Source: an uncultured Spirochaetota bacterium
GTDB taxonomy: Bacteria; Spirochaetota; Spirochaetia; SZUA-6; Fen-1364
Assembly (NCBI GenBank): GCA_963845535.1
Contig: CAWJSK010000014.1
Location: 32,001 to 96,000, forward strand
Length of the DNA: 64,000 nt
Reading direction: 5' to 3'
Under the pieces are notes generated by a model. That model saw only the letters and a list, made by a program, of their open reading frames with translations, had not been told where the DNA came from and did no database searches. Shown piece after piece: positions 52,436 to 62,985 of this stretch. The stretch's first letter is position 1. The number at the start of each line of letters is the position of its first letter. The translations under genes were made by a program, and so were the position numbers.

Positions 52436-54598
52436 ATCAGCCCCACATTCCGTTCAGTCTGCCCTTACGACTGCCCCGACGCCTGCGGCCTTTTGGTGGA
52501 GGTGAAAGACGACACCGCGGTCAAGGTAATGGGAGATCCCGAGCATCCCTACACCCGAGGCACGCTATGCCCCAAGATGCGGCACTACGAGAGGACCGTT
52601 CACTCGCCCCTGCGGCTTACCACCCCGCTTCGAAGGGCAGGGCCGAAAGGGGGAGGGAGCTTCACCCCCATAAGCTGGGAGGAAGCTGTTCGGCTGATTA
52701 CCGTTCGATGGAAGGAAATCATCAGGGACCATGGCGCCGAGGCCATCCTTCCGTACTCGTATGCGGGAACCATGGGCACCGTCCAGCGCAATTGCGGCCA
52801 CGCTTTCTTTCACCGGTTGGGGGCTTCCCGCCTTGCCCGCACCATCTGCTCGCCGGCCAAGGATGCGGGATGGGAGGCGGTCATGGGGCACACCCCGGCG
52901 CCTCGCCCTGAGGAGGTCGAGAAAAGCGACCTGGTGGTGCTCTGGGGGATCAATGCCGCCGCAACGAGCATCCATTTCCTTCGCGGAGTGCAGGCGGCGC
53001 GCGCGCGAGGCGCTTCGGTATGGCTGATCGAGACGTACCGCACCCCGACCTCCTCTGTCGCTGACACGGTCATCCTTGTGCGGCCGGGAACTGACGGCGC
53101 GCTGGCCCTTGGCATGATGAATGTCCTGGACGCGCGTGGTCTCATTGACCGGGAGTTCATCTCGGAGCGCGTCCACGGCTACAAGGAGTTTGCGCGAGAG
53201 GTGCTTCCCCGGTACACGCCGATGGCGGTGAGCGAAATCACCGGGCTGCCTTCCGCCCAGGTCATCGATCTGGCCGTCGCGTTCGGCAAGGCTGCGGCGC
53301 CGTTCATCCGGCTCGGCAGCGGCCTTTCCCGCTACGGCAACGGAGCCATGACCGTCAGATGCATTTCCGCCTTGCCCGCCGTCGTGGGAGCTTACGGAAA
53401 ACCGGGGGCCGGACTCTTCCACGGAACGAGCACGGGCTCGGCATTTGAAATGGAGGAGGTCACGCGGGAAGACTTCATGAGCGCGCAGACCCGGATCATC
53501 AACATGAACAGGCTGGGTCACGCGCTCCGTGATCTCGATCATCCCCGGGTCATGAGCCTGTACGTATATCACTCGAACCCCGCCGCCGTGGCCCCGGATC
53601 AGAACGCGGTCCTGCGGGGGCTTTCCCGGGATGACCTTTTCACCGTGGTCCACGAGCGCTTTCTGACCGACACCGCGCGCTTTGCGGACGTCGTCCTTCC
53701 CGCCACGACGTCACTCGAGCACGCCGACATCTACAGGTCCTACGGAACGTACCTCATCCAGCGTGCCAGGCCGGCCATCCCTCCCGTCGGGCAGAGCAAG
53801 TCCAATTGGGACGTTTTCCGCCTCCTCGCAGAAGCCTTTGGGTTTGAAGACCCCTATTTCCGCCAGAGCGCGGATGATCTCATCGAACGACTCCTCCAGA
53901 TCAGACGGCCCCTGCGGGAAGGGATCGACACGAAAGCTCTTGCCGCGGGTAAGGCGGTGGAGCTGCGCGTTCCGAGCTTCGGCCCGCCTTTTGCAACACC
54001 CTCCGGTAAAGCGGAGCTCTTGAATCCCCAGGACTCCGAGCCTTTTCCCCGCTGGCTTCCGCCTTACGAGGCGCAGGGGGAGCGTCCCTTGCGTCTGATG
54101 ACGGCCCCTACTCCGTACGCCTTGAACGCTTCCTTCTATGAGCAGGACGAGCTGCGGAGGAAACAAGGGGGCATGCGCCTCCTCATGAATCCGCGGGATG
54201 CCGCGGAGCGCGGGTTGGCGGACGGCCAGCGCGCGTGCGCCTTCAACGGAAACGGAGAAGCGGTTTTCGAGCTGGCTGTCACCGAGAAGACACCGCGCGG
54301 AGTGGTGGTGGCCGAAGGCGTGTGGTGGCTGGCGTATGCGCCGGGGAAACGAGGCGTGAACGCGCTTACCTCCCAGCGACTCACGGACCGCGGGGAAGGA
54401 AGCACGTTCTACGACAACACCGTGGAGGTGCGCTCAAGCCCCGACGCAGACCCGCACGCGCTCTGCACCCCGCCCCGACGCAGACCCGCACGCGCTCAGC
54501 TGCACCCCGTGGTGGAGCCGCAGGTGTCGCAGCGCATGCACGTGCCGTTCCTGATGAGCGTGAAGTGGCCGCACACGGGGCAGCCGTCTCCCTCGTAG
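52436..54598 (+). CDS. Molybdopterin oxidoreductase (4Fe-4S + bis-MGD); start and stop uncertain
   Basis: [29 protein letters not shown], molybdopterin-binding C-domain. Confidence 0.92.
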   Translation: MSPTFRSVCPYDCPDACGLLVEVKDDTAVKVMGDPEHPYTRGTLCPKMRHYERTVHSPLRLTTPLRRAGPKGGGSFTPISWEEAVRLITVRWKEIIRDHGAEAILPYSYAGTMGTVQRNCGHAFFHRLGASRLARTICSPAKDAGWEAVMGHTPAPRPEEVEKSDLVVLWGINAAATSIHFLRGVQAARARGASVWLIETYRTPTSSVADTVILVRPGTDGALALGMMNVLDARGLIDREFISERVHGYKEFAREVLPRYTPMAVSEITGLPSAQVIDLAVAFGKAAAPFIRLGSGLSRYGNGAMTVRCISALPAVVGAYGKPGAGLFHGTSTGSAFEMEEVTREDFMSAQTRIINMNRLGHALRDLDHPRVMSLYVYHSNPAAVAPDQNAVLRGLSRDDLFTVVHERFLTDTARFADVVLPATTSLEHADIYRSYGTYLIQRARPAIPPVGQSKSNWDVFRLLAEAFGFEDPYFRQSADDLIERLLQIRRPLREGIDTKALAAGKAVELRVPSFGPPFATPSGKAELLNPQDSEPFPRWLPPYEAQGERPLRLMTAPTPYALNASFYEQDELRRKQGGMRLLMNPRDAAERGLADGQRACAFNGNGEAVFELAVTEKTPRGVVVAEGVWWLAYAPGKRGVNALTSQRLTDRGEGSTFYDNTVEVRSSPDADPHALCTPPRRRPARAQLHPVVEPQVSQRMHVPFLMSVKWPHTGQPSPS
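54438..54508. repeat. Tandem duplication with 34-bp period at convergent gene ends
   Basis: GCCCCGACGCAGACCCGCACGCGCTC at 54438-63 and 54472-97, each followed by TGCACCCC. Confidence 0.85.
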
Positions 54599-57500
54599 CC
54601 TTTCATCCTGGCCACGTGCACCTCGTTGTCCAACGCCACGAGCTCCCCGTTGCCGTTCCCGTTCATCTCATGCTTCGAGCTGCCGTTCTTGTTCATGGCG
54701 GTGGGCGCCAGGTCATCAGGCTTCACCTGGACCAGGTCCGTCCTGCCAAGATATGACAGGGCAAGGTCCCGGAAAATGAAATCCAGCACCGAGGTGGTCA
54801 TCTTGATGTGGTCATGACCGCTGACAATGCCGTTGGGCTCGAACCGCGTGAAGGTGAACGCATCCACGAACTCCTCCAGTGGCACCCCGTACTGGAGCCC
54901 CAGGGAGACGGCGATTGCGAAACTGTTGAGAAGGGAACGGAAAGCCGCGCCCTCCTTGTGCATGTCGAGGAAAATCTCCCCCAGCGTCCCATCCTCATAT
55001 TGCCCGGTACGAACGAAGATGCTGTGCCCGCCGATCTTCGCTTTCTGCGTGTACCCGAACCGTTTCGAGGGCAGGGGGTTGCGCTTCTTTCCCCGTGTTG
55101 CCGAAGAGGGGGCAAGGCTGATCGTTTCCTTGCCGGCATCCTTCATGATGGCAAGCACGGCTTCCGCCGTTGCGTCGGACCCCGGCATCAGCGCGGAGAG
55201 GGGCTGGCTCAGCTTCGAGCCGTCGCGGTACAGCGCAATTGCCTTGAGCATCTTGTTCCAGGACAGAAGGTACGCGCCCTTGATGTCGTCCACCGTGGAC
55301 GCCGACGGCATGTTGATGGTCTTGGAAATTGCCCCTGAGATGAAAGGCTGGACTGACGCCATCATTTCGATGTGGGCTTTCCAGGCAATGGAGCGCTTTC
55401 CGATCCTGCCGTTGGGAGTGGCGGTGTCGAACACCGCGTAGTGCTCAGTGGCCAGATGCGGCGCTCCTTCTATGGTCATGGTCCCGCACGCCCAGAGGTT
55501 TGTTGCCTCGATCTCCTTTGCCGTGAAGCCCAAATGCGCCACAAGGTTGAACCCCGGCAGGGAGAACGTGGCCTCGGGAATCTGGAGCGTTTCAGCGAGG
55601 AACTCCTTGCCCAGCACATTGGGCTGGAAGGAGTAGTCGATGGAGAAAGCGTTGGCAAGGGACGTGTTGATCTTCTGGATTTCGGTGTCGCTGAACCCTT
55701 TCTCCCGCAGCTTCTCGGATGAGACTCCGGGTGCGCCGTCCAACGTGCCGCGACCCAGGCAGTAGCGTTCGATGTCCTGAATCTGATCGTCACTGTAGCC
55801 CAGCTTGTGGAGCGCCGGCGGGATGGAGGTGTTGATGATCTTGAAGTAGCCTCCGCCGGCCAGCTTCTTGAACTTCACCAGGCTGAAATCCGGCTCCACC
55901 CCCGTTGTGTCGCAGTCCATGACGAGGCCGATGGTCCCCGTGGGGGCAATGGCCGTGACCTGCGCGTTTCGATACCCGTACTTCTCACCCAGGGCAAGTG
56001 CCTTGTCCCATGCGCGTCGGGCGGCTGCCATCAGGTCAGGCGGGCAGAACAGCGCATCGATGGGTTGGGGAATGACCGACAGAGCCTCGTACTCTTCCGG
56101 CGCCGCTCCATAGGCGGCCCTTCCGTGGTTCCTGATGACGCGGAGCATGTCCTCACGGTTGGCCGCGTAACGAGGGAAGGCCCCCAGCTCCGCCGCCATC
56201 TCCGCCGAGGTTGCGTAGGCTTCCGCGGAAAGGATGGCGGAGATGGCGGCCGCAATGGCGCGGCCTTCCGCGCTGTCGTACGGGATGCCCATGACCATGA
56301 GGAGCGTCCCGAGGTTGGCGTACCCGAGCCCGAGGGTTCGGAAATCGAAGCTTTTGCGGGCGATCTCCCGCGCGGGAAACTGCGCCATGAGCACGCTGAT
56401 CTCCAGCGTGATGGTCCACAGGCGAATGGCATGGCGAAGCTCCTCAATGCGGACCTCACCCTTCTCAACGTCGTAGAAGGTCATGAGGTTGAGCGACGCG
56501 AGGTTGCACGCCGTGTCATCCAGGAACATGTATTCCGAGCACGGGTTGGAGGCCCGTATCTCCCCGTCCTTGGGGCAGGTATGCCAGTCGTTGACGGTGG
56601 TGTGAAACTGCAGGCCGGGGTCCGCGCAGAGCCATGCCGCGGTTGCAATCCGGTCCCAGATCTCCCGGGCGCGTATCTTCTGGCGGGACTTGCCGTCCGT
56701 GCGGTTGACCAGCTCCCACCACCCGTCGTCCATCACCGCTTTCATGAACACGTCAGACAGGCGCAGCGAGTTGTTGGAGGACTGGCCGCTCACCGTGTTG
56801 TACGCTTCGCTGTCCCAGTCGGTGGTGTACTCCTCCGGCTCGAAGTCCCAGATCCCCTGCTCCGCGAGCTGGATCACCTGGAACACCCATGAGGGCGGGA
56901 CCTCGTCCTGGAGCGCTTCCCGCACGGACCGTTCCAGCTCTTTGTTTTTCTTGGGGTCGAACCGGGCGGCGCCATCCCCGTTTTCCGAGTCCTGGCCCTT
57001 GCACGCTTCGAGGAGGCGTTTGGTGTGCTTGCGCAGAAGCCTGCTGCCGGTGACCATGGCGGCCACCTTGCGCTCTTCCTGCGCTTTCCAATCGATGTAT
57101 TTCAGGACATCGGGGTGGTCCGCGTCCAGCGTAACCATGCGCGCTGCGCGCCGCGTGGTTCCGCCGCTCTTGATGGATGATGCTGACCTGTCGCTCACCT
57201 TGAGGAACGACAGGAGGCCTGAGGAGACGCCGCCTCCGGAAAGCGGCTCGCTGGAAGCGCGCAGCTTGGAGTAGTTCGTGCCGGTCCCCGACCCGTACTT
57301 GAACAGGCGGGCCTCCCGGGTGATGAGGTCCATGATGCCGCCCTCGTTCACCAGGTCATCCTCGATGGAGAGGATGAAACAGTTGTGGACGATGACGTTG
57401 TTGGAAAGATACTGCCCGCTCAGAGTCTGGATGTCGTAGACGCGCTGGAGCCCGGCGAACTCGAGCCGAATCACGGCTTCCTCACGCAGGGCCGGCATCG

Positions 57501-58392
57501 TGGCGACAGTTCGAGACACAAGCGCGGCCTCAATCGCCGAACCTCTGATCCCGACTAGCGAGTTCTGAACTTCGCTGGCGGTGGACAGCTGGAGGCGCAT
57601 GCCCGGCTCGAGCTCGTCGACCTGCACCCATTGCGCCTCACCGCGTCGCTCACGTGAAGCAAGCAGGAGGTGGTCACCGGTGGCCTCGACAGCGGTCCCG
57701 TTCTTGAGCACGACGCGGAAAACGGGCTTGATCCCATTCTCCTTGACCGCGATGACGCGCGTTGTGCCTTTTCCCTCATCAGTCCCGTCGTAGACCTCGA
57801 GGCCGATCAAGCCTCCGTCAACGATCGAACCAATGGCCACTGGCCCGAAAGGAGTCGACACGGGAGCATGCCAGGGTTGGCACGCGTGGGGTTGCGGGCG
57901 TTCATACGCGCTGGTGGACTTCTTCACCTCCGCGGTCTTGGGGTCCACGTAGTAGTGACCCTGGGCAGGGCCGTTGATCCCGTAGACGGCGAACAGACCC
58001 GTGTTGAACCACTGCGGCGAGTTGGGCGAGCCCATCTGCCGGGCCAGCATGAAGCACATCTCGTCGTAGTAGGCCTGCGCGTCTTCCGCGGTGGAGAAGT
58101 AGCCGTACTTCTTCCCCCAGTCCATCCACGTGAAAGCGAGGCGATGGAAGACCTGCCGGGCGTCGTTCTCACCGCCCGTGCCGCCCTCTTTCAGGGGCAC
58201 ACCACGCTTTCTGAAATACTTCTGGGCAAGAATGTCCGTGGCGATCTGCGACCAGAACGACGGGACAACGACGTTCTCCTGGCGGAAGATATGCTTTCCG
58301 TCAGGGTTTCGGATCTCTGAGGTGCGCGTCTCGAAGGCTATATCTTTATACGGGGATTCCCCCGCTTTCGTGAAGCGCCGTTCAATCTCCAT
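54496..58392 (-). CDS. nrdJ: Class II (B12-dependent) ribonucleotide reductase with intein
   Basis: [45 protein letters not shown]-terminal Zn ribbon. Confidence 0.96.
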   Translation of the reverse strand: MEIERRFTKAGESPYKDIAFETRTSEIRNPDGKHIFRQENVVVPSFWSQIATDILAQKYFRKRGVPLKEGGTGGENDARQVFHRLAFTWMDWGKKYGYFSTAEDAQAYYDEMCFMLARQMGSPNSPQWFNTGLFAVYGINGPAQGHYYVDPKTAEVKKSTSAYERPQPHACQPWHAPVSTPFGPVAIGSIVDGGLIGLEVYDGTDEGKGTTRVIAVKENGIKPVFRVVLKNGTAVEATGDHLLLASRERRGEAQWVQVDELEPGMRLQLSTASEVQNSLVGIRGSAIEAALVSRTVATMPALREEAVIRLEFAGLQRVYDIQTLSGQYLSNNVIVHNCFILSIEDDLVNEGGIMDLITREARLFKYGSGTGTNYSKLRASSEPLSGGGVSSGLLSFLKVSDRSASSIKSGGTTRRAARMVTLDADHPDVLKYIDWKAQEERKVAAMVTGSRLLRKHTKRLLEACKGQDSENGDGAARFDPKKNKELERSVREALQDEVPPSWVFQVIQLAEQGIWDFEPEEYTTDWDSEAYNTVSGQSSNNSLRLSDVFMKAVMDDGWWELVNRTDGKSRQKIRAREIWDRIATAAWLCADPGLQFHTTVNDWHTCPKDGEIRASNPCSEYMFLDDTACNLASLNLMTFYDVEKGEVRIEELRHAIRLWTITLEISVLMAQFPAREIARKSFDFRTLGLGYANLGTLLMVMGIPYDSAEGRAIAAAISAILSAEAYATSAEMAAELGAFPRYAANREDMLRVIRNHGRAAYGAAPEEYEALSVIPQPIDALFCPPDLMAAARRAWDKALALGEKYGYRNAQVTAIAPTGTIGLVMDCDTTGVEPDFSLVKFKKLAGGGYFKIINTSIPPALHKLGYSDDQIQDIERYCLGRGTLDGAPGVSSEKLREKGFSDTEIQKINTSLANAFSIDYSFQPNVLGKEFLAETLQIPEATFSLPGFNLVAHLGFTAKEIEATNLWACGTMTIEGAPHLATEHYAVFDTATPNGRIGKRSIAWKAHIEMMASVQPFISGAISKTINMPSASTVDDIKGAYLLSWNKMLKAIALYRDGSKLSQPLSALMPGSDATAEAVLAIMKDAGKETISLAPSSATRGKKRNPLPSKRFGYTQKAKIGGHSIFVRTGQYEDGTLGEIFLDMHKEGAAFRSLLNSFAIAVSLGLQYGVPLEEFVDAFTFTRFEPNGIVSGHDHIKMTTSVLDFIFRDLALSYLGRTDLVQVKPDDLAPTAMNKNGSSKHEMNGNGNGELVALDNEVHVARMKGYEGDGCPVCGHFTLIRNGTCMRCDTCGSTTGCS
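57382..57882 (-). mobile_element. Mini-intein (167 aa, no homing endonuclease)
   Basis: PQPHA|CQPW...ATGDH...VYDI...VHN|CFIL; removal restores PQPHACFI. Confidence 0.95.
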
Positions 58393-58467
58393 AGTTCCCC
58401 TCCGCTGGAAATTCGGCGAAATAGAGTACTAGTGTAACCGATGGGCATTAGGCAGGCAAGAGGAAAA

Positions 58468-60129
58468 TCACTTTTGGCGGAAAATCTCGAGAGGGTGACC
58501 ACCGGGAAGACCGCCGGCAGCCCGCAGCCTGGTGTCCAGCGCGTCAAAGGAGTCGAGGAACGAATGAGGATGTTCGGCCAGGAGGCGCCGGGCCAGCGCC
58601 GCAGACTCCCCACCCCCCGATTTCATGCGCGAAAGAGTCAGTGACTGGAAGGCTTCCACCTCCTCACGTTCCTGCTGGAAGAGGTAGGCCTGGAACTCGT
58701 TGACCACGAGGTAGTGGTCCGTGGCGTCATACGCCTTCGAGGACAGGTAGGTCCTCCAGATATCCTGCTCCACGGGGGAAAGGGATTCCCAGACCGCCTC
58801 CGTCCCATCACGGAACTGCGGCAGGGAGAAGAACTCACCGTGGGCGCTCTCATGGGTCAGGAGCAGTTGGCGCAGGGCGGGGGGAGAGCTGCGGGAGATC
58901 GATATCACGGCCCCCTCGCCAGGTTCGAAGCCTCCGGAGGTCTTGCGAATCAGGTCGTTGGCTTCAAGGATTTGCTCCAGCCGCGACTCCCCGGGAGTGA
59001 GGGATATGCCCTGCCGGGCTGCTTCCGCAAAGAACCTCGCAAGATCTTCGGCCCGGTAGTCGTGGGCATTGTATCCGTGCCTTCCGGCCAGCGCGGACGG
59101 ATCTTCGATCCGTCCTCGGTAGCCCGCCTTTTCAACGAAGTACGCCATGCGCTTGAACAGGTCGCTCTGGACGTCATAGCTGGCCGTGTCGAAGATCAAC
59201 ACATGGGGAAACGCGTCCCAGGAAAAAACCTCGAAATCGGGGCTGCGCCACGTGGACCTGTCCCAATCCAGGATCATGCCGGGAGCGGCCGGAATGGGGG
59301 CGTCGACGGGGACGAAGGAGATGTCGAGCCTCTCCACCGGGAGCCGGGAGGATATCTCCTGAGGCAGGAAACCCATGCTGCCCCGCGCAAATACCAGGCT
59401 GGAGGGCTTGGCCGCCTGGTCCGCCCGGTCCACCGAGAAAAGAGCTTCGTCTCCGTTGCTTGAAACAAAACGGATCAGACCTTGCTGATCTCGCGATTCG
59501 GAGCCCGCCCCCATGCCAAGCCTGATGGCCCAGATCCCCTGCGCCATTTCTTCCTGGGTGGCTTTCAGGATCCGCGCGGAGACGCCATCCGGCCCGACCG
59601 CGGTCACCTCCACGCTGCCGTCCACGGTGAGCCCCTCAGCGGTGACCTCGAAGCCATGGACAAAGGGCCCCGTCCCCGCGGCCAGGAGATGAAGGGACTG
59701 GCCGGCCTCCGCGGCGCCGGGGACGCTGAGCTGGTATCCCCATATCCTGTCACCTTCGGAGAGAGGAACCAGGAACCTGAGGGAAGTGCCCTCTGATGCC
59801 GGAAGCTGAACGCTTCGAAGCACCGTATTCCTGTCCGAGAAGATCGAGAGCATGCAGTTCGGGAGCGAGCTCGTGTACGAGAGCCCGAAGGCTTGTCGGG
59901 GACCCGCGACTCCTACCGTGCGGCTCAGGCTGTAGAGGGGGCTGGAAAGCCGTGCGGCAGTCGGGGCGAATACGGTCTCCTGGTCAGGGCTTCTGCCGGG
60001 CGACTGCCTGATCTCGACGCGGTCCCCTGCGGCCGTAACGAACGGAAAGCTCTGGAACCTGGCCGCGCACCCAGCCAGGAGAAGGGCGAATGCGGCTGCG
60101 AGGAAGCCCAGGGCAGCGGTCCGCTTCAA
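58468..60129 (-). CDS. Lipoprotein with putative zincin HExxH domain
   Basis: LAGC lipobox; LTHESAHG and downstream NEFQAY. Confidence 0.7.
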   Translation of the reverse strand: MKRTAALGFLAAAFALLLAGCAARFQSFPFVTAAGDRVEIRQSPGRSPDQETVFAPTAARLSSPLYSLSRTVGVAGPRQAFGLSYTSSLPNCMLSIFSDRNTVLRSVQLPASEGTSLRFLVPLSEGDRIWGYQLSVPGAAEAGQSLHLLAAGTGPFVHGFEVTAEGLTVDGSVEVTAVGPDGVSARILKATQEEMAQGIWAIRLGMGAGSESRDQQGLIRFVSSNGDEALFSVDRADQAAKPSSLVFARGSMGFLPQEISSRLPVERLDISFVPVDAPIPAAPGMILDWDRSTWRSPDFEVFSWDAFPHVLIFDTASYDVQSDLFKRMAYFVEKAGYRGRIEDPSALAGRHGYNAHDYRAEDLARFFAEAARQGISLTPGESRLEQILEANDLIRKTSGGFEPGEGAVISISRSSPPALRQLLLTHESAHGEFFSLPQFRDGTEAVWESLSPVEQDIWRTYLSSKAYDATDHYLVVNEFQAYLFQQEREEVEAFQSLTLSRMKSGGGESAALARRLLAEHPHSFLDSFDALDTRLRAAGGLPGGHPLEIFRQK

Positions 60130-60911
60130 TCCTCTTCCTCGACGGCAAGGGGCATGAGGCTGCGGACTATGTGCTGGGCGATCTCGCGCCGCGCCTCCTT
60201 CGAGATGGAACCGATTGGCCGGATGAAGTTGTCCAGCCTTCCCAGGAACCCGTCCGGGAGATGAGGAAGGGTTGCAATGCGATCACTGAGGAGCCGGTCC
60301 GCCGGCTCGAACTGTCGATTCGCGGCAAAGAGGAAGCTTGCCACTCCCCGCATGAGGCGGGCCGCGGATACCAGGAAGAACAGGTCATCCGATCGATGGG
60401 CGGCCGCTCCCAGGTCCACCAGCGCCCGTTCTGCCAACGCGTAGGCGCGAAGACGAGCCTGCCACCAGAACTCGTCGGGCACATGGGCCAGCGCCGCGCG
60501 CGTCTCATCCATCCAGCCTTCCCGGCTGAAAAGCACCTCGCCGCGTTCCAGGCGATACAGCACGTGACTGCCGGGCTCATGGAAGACCCAGTTCTTTTCC
60601 GCTATTCGAAGGAGCATGCGGTCCACTTCCTCCGTGCGGATGTAGTGGGCGCTCACGGGAAGCTCCTCCACCAGGAACCGGTCAATGGTGGCCACCGGGG
60701 AGGTTTCGAACGCCGTCACCTGGGGGACGAGCGCGCTACGCTTGCCGATCTCCGGCATGCCGTCGGATACGTAGACGTCGAGATCTATCGTGAAATAGGG
60801 ATCTGAAACATCGATGTCCGCCGATTCCCCCAGCACGACCGTCTGGACGCACTCTGTGCTGGAAAGGCTCGCGTTCAGGGCATCGGTGATCCGCTGGACC
60901 TTCCGCTTCAT
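60126..60911 (-). CDS. Nucleotidyltransferase-fold (DUF4037-like) protein
   Basis: LGES...DLDVY N-domain plus helical LFA.N..F.P C-domain. Confidence 0.65.
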   Translation of the reverse strand: MKRKVQRITDALNASLSSTECVQTVVLGESADIDVSDPYFTIDLDVYVSDGMPEIGKRSALVPQVTAFETSPVATIDRFLVEELPVSAHYIRTEEVDRMLLRIAEKNWVFHEPGSHVLYRLERGEVLFSREGWMDETRAALAHVPDEFWWQARLRAYALAERALVDLGAAAHRSDDLFFLVSAARLMRGVASFLFAANRQFEPADRLLSDRIATLPHLPDGFLGRLDNFIRPIGSISKEARREIAQHIVRSLMPLAVEEED

Positions 60912-60980
60912 GCCCGCAAGTTTAGCAGGGCGGGCGGAATGAGTACAGTCCGTACTCCGCGTCGCGCCGCGCGGCTCCGC

Positions 60981-61014
60981 GCAGAGTACTGCGCTAGGCA
61001 GAGTGCTGCGATAG
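60981..61014. repeat. 2 x 17-bp imperfect tandem repeat
   Basis: GCAGAGTACTGCGCTAG / GCAGAGTGCTGCGATAG. Confidence 0.75.
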
Positions 61015-61051
61015 GATTGAGCGCTGGATTGGCCCGTGGTACGATACTTCC

Positions 61052-62443
61052 GTGAAAGAGGGTGGTCCGCTCCACGTCAATCGGCGACGTCTCTGGATTG
61101 CGCTGTTCCCGCTGGCGGCCGCGTGTCTCGGCGCGTCGGCTGCGGCGGCGCTGGGAGTCCGCGGGATTCCCCTCGCGGCCACGGGGATTGCATCCGTCCT
61201 GCTCATGTTCTTCGAGGGCGTCCTGGTTGCCCAGGCCCTTCCCGGTCAGCGGGCCCTTGAGACCCGGGCAATGCAGGTGGAAGCGGTCTGTAACCTCATC
61301 CGAAAAGCCGGCGCATCCCTCGACCTCCAGGAGGTTCTCGACTCCATTACGCGCCTTACCGTTCAGGCCGCGGGAGTGCGGGGTTGTTCCATCAAGCTTC
61401 TGGACCCGGGGCGGGGGAGGATGAGCGTGCGCTCGATTGCCGGGCTGCACAGGCAGGTGGCGGAGTTGAGCGCGGAGGCGGCTGAGAGCATCGCCACGAA
61501 GAGCCTCATGGATGGACGACCCGTGCTGGTGGAGGGCGCCGCCCAGAGCGACTTCCCCGAGCTGGATGGAGAGAGCGAGTCCCTGATCTGCGTTCCGCTT
61601 CGCCATGAGTCCAAGGTGATGGGCGCTCTGTGCGTGTACGGGGAGAAAGGCGGCAAGCTTTCTCCTGAGATGCTTTCCTTCCTTTCACGGCTCGGGGATT
61701 TGGCGGTCCTTTCCATTCAGAACGCCGCGGTGTATGAAACGCTGAAGAAGGTGGACGAAGCCAAGTCCTGGTTCTTGCGCAAAGCTGCCCATGAGCTGGC
61801 TTCCCCGCTCTCCGTCATCCAGGCGGTTGCGCAGAACCTCCTCGGTGGATATCTCGGGGAGCTGGACTCGGCGCAGTTGGGCAGCATTGAAAGGATCCGG
61901 GCAAGGGCCGCAGGCCTGTCCGAAGTGGTTGCGGACCTGCTTGCCCTGGCCCGAGGCAAAGCCCGCACCTCCGCGGACAGGAGCGCAAGCACGGATCTGG
62001 CGGCGTCACTCCGGGAAGCGGTGGATTTCTTTCAGCCCGCGGCCCGGCAGAAGGCGATCCAGCTCATGTGCGAAATTCCTTCTGGAACAATCCGTGTCCT
62101 CGCGTCCCCCGAAGAGACTCATTCCGTCCTCACGAACCTGCTCTCCAACGCCATCAAATACTCTCCGGCGGGACGCGAGGTGCGCGTGAGCCTTGCCCCG
62201 TGCGATGCCAGCGTGGAGCTCTCCGTGGCGGACCAGGGGATCGGGATCCCCGCGGCGGAGAGGGAGAGGCTTTTCAGCGAGTTCTTCCGGGCGTCGAACG
62301 CCCGTTCGTTTACGCAGTCCGGCACGGGGCTCGGCCTGGCCATCGTGAAGACCGTCGTGGAAGGCGCGGGGGGGACGCTCGCGCTGGATAGTGTAGAAGG
62401 GGAGGGCACCACGGTCCGTGTCCGTCTCCCGCGGCCCACATGA
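61052..62443 (+). CDS. GAF-domain sensor histidine kinase
   Basis: 2 TM, SLICVPL GAF, AHELASPL, NLLSNAIKY, GTGLGL. Confidence 0.93.
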   Translation: MKEGGPLHVNRRRLWIALFPLAAACLGASAAAALGVRGIPLAATGIASVLLMFFEGVLVAQALPGQRALETRAMQVEAVCNLIRKAGASLDLQEVLDSITRLTVQAAGVRGCSIKLLDPGRGRMSVRSIAGLHRQVAELSAEAAESIATKSLMDGRPVLVEGAAQSDFPELDGESESLICVPLRHESKVMGALCVYGEKGGKLSPEMLSFLSRLGDLAVLSIQNAAVYETLKKVDEAKSWFLRKAAHELASPLSVIQAVAQNLLGGYLGELDSAQLGSIERIRARAAGLSEVVADLLALARGKARTSADRSASTDLAASLREAVDFFQPAARQKAIQLMCEIPSGTIRVLASPEETHSVLTNLLSNAIKYSPAGREVRVSLAPCDASVELSVADQGIGIPAAERERLFSEFFRASNARSFTQSGTGLGLAIVKTVVEGAGGTLALDSVEGEGTTVRVRLPRPT

Positions 62444-62985
62444 GCCGGACCCTGCTTGCGCTCCTTGCCCCAGGCTCCGTGGAGGCGGAGGTCGGCCGAC
62501 TGCAACAGCGCATTTTCAAAGACCATGGCCTGGTCTCTTCCGTTGCGCTGCCGCCGCTTCTGCCGGTGGCGTTCCTGCCCGACAACGGGCCGCGGCGCGG
62601 CTTCCTTGCCGGTTTGAACGCCGCGGTTACCGCGCCCTATTGCATGACCTTGGCAGGGCTTGCCTGGCACGACGGATGGCTGTACCTGGGGGTGGATTCA
62701 GGCGGCGTATGGACGTCCTTGCGCGCCGCGGCTCTGTCCCCGGCCCACGCTGTCGGTGGGGCGGAAGCGGCCGGCTTTTTCCCCGAGCGCGAGGGTTTTT
62801 TCCTTGGATGCATCGAGGCGGATGCGCGGCAACGTGAGCTGATTCAGCCGCACCTTCCCGAAGGAAGGTTCACGTCTGCCGCTCTTGCCCTGATGCGAAT
62901 CGACGTGGCGGAGGGAGGCGCGTGGTGGCGGGAAGTGCTCATGGAAACTCTGGAGGAAATTCCGCTTCGAGGGAAGCGAAGGTGA
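62440..62985 (+). CDS. Hypothetical protein
   Basis: ATGA-coupled to the kinase. Confidence 0.7.
   Translation: MSRTLLALLAPGSVEAEVGRLQQRIFKDHGLVSSVALPPLLPVAFLPDNGPRRGFLAGLNAAVTAPYCMTLAGLAWHDGWLYLGVDSGGVWTSLRAAALSPAHAVGGAEAAGFFPEREGFFLGCIEADARQRELIQPHLPEGRFTSAALALMRIDVAEGGAWWREVLMETLEEIPLRGKRR

Noticed and set aside
58410..58460. NrdR box or cobalamin riboswitch before nrdJ
   Set aside because: Only a promoter (TTGCCT-17-TACACT) is seen; poor match to the NrdR consensus and the region is too short for a riboswitch
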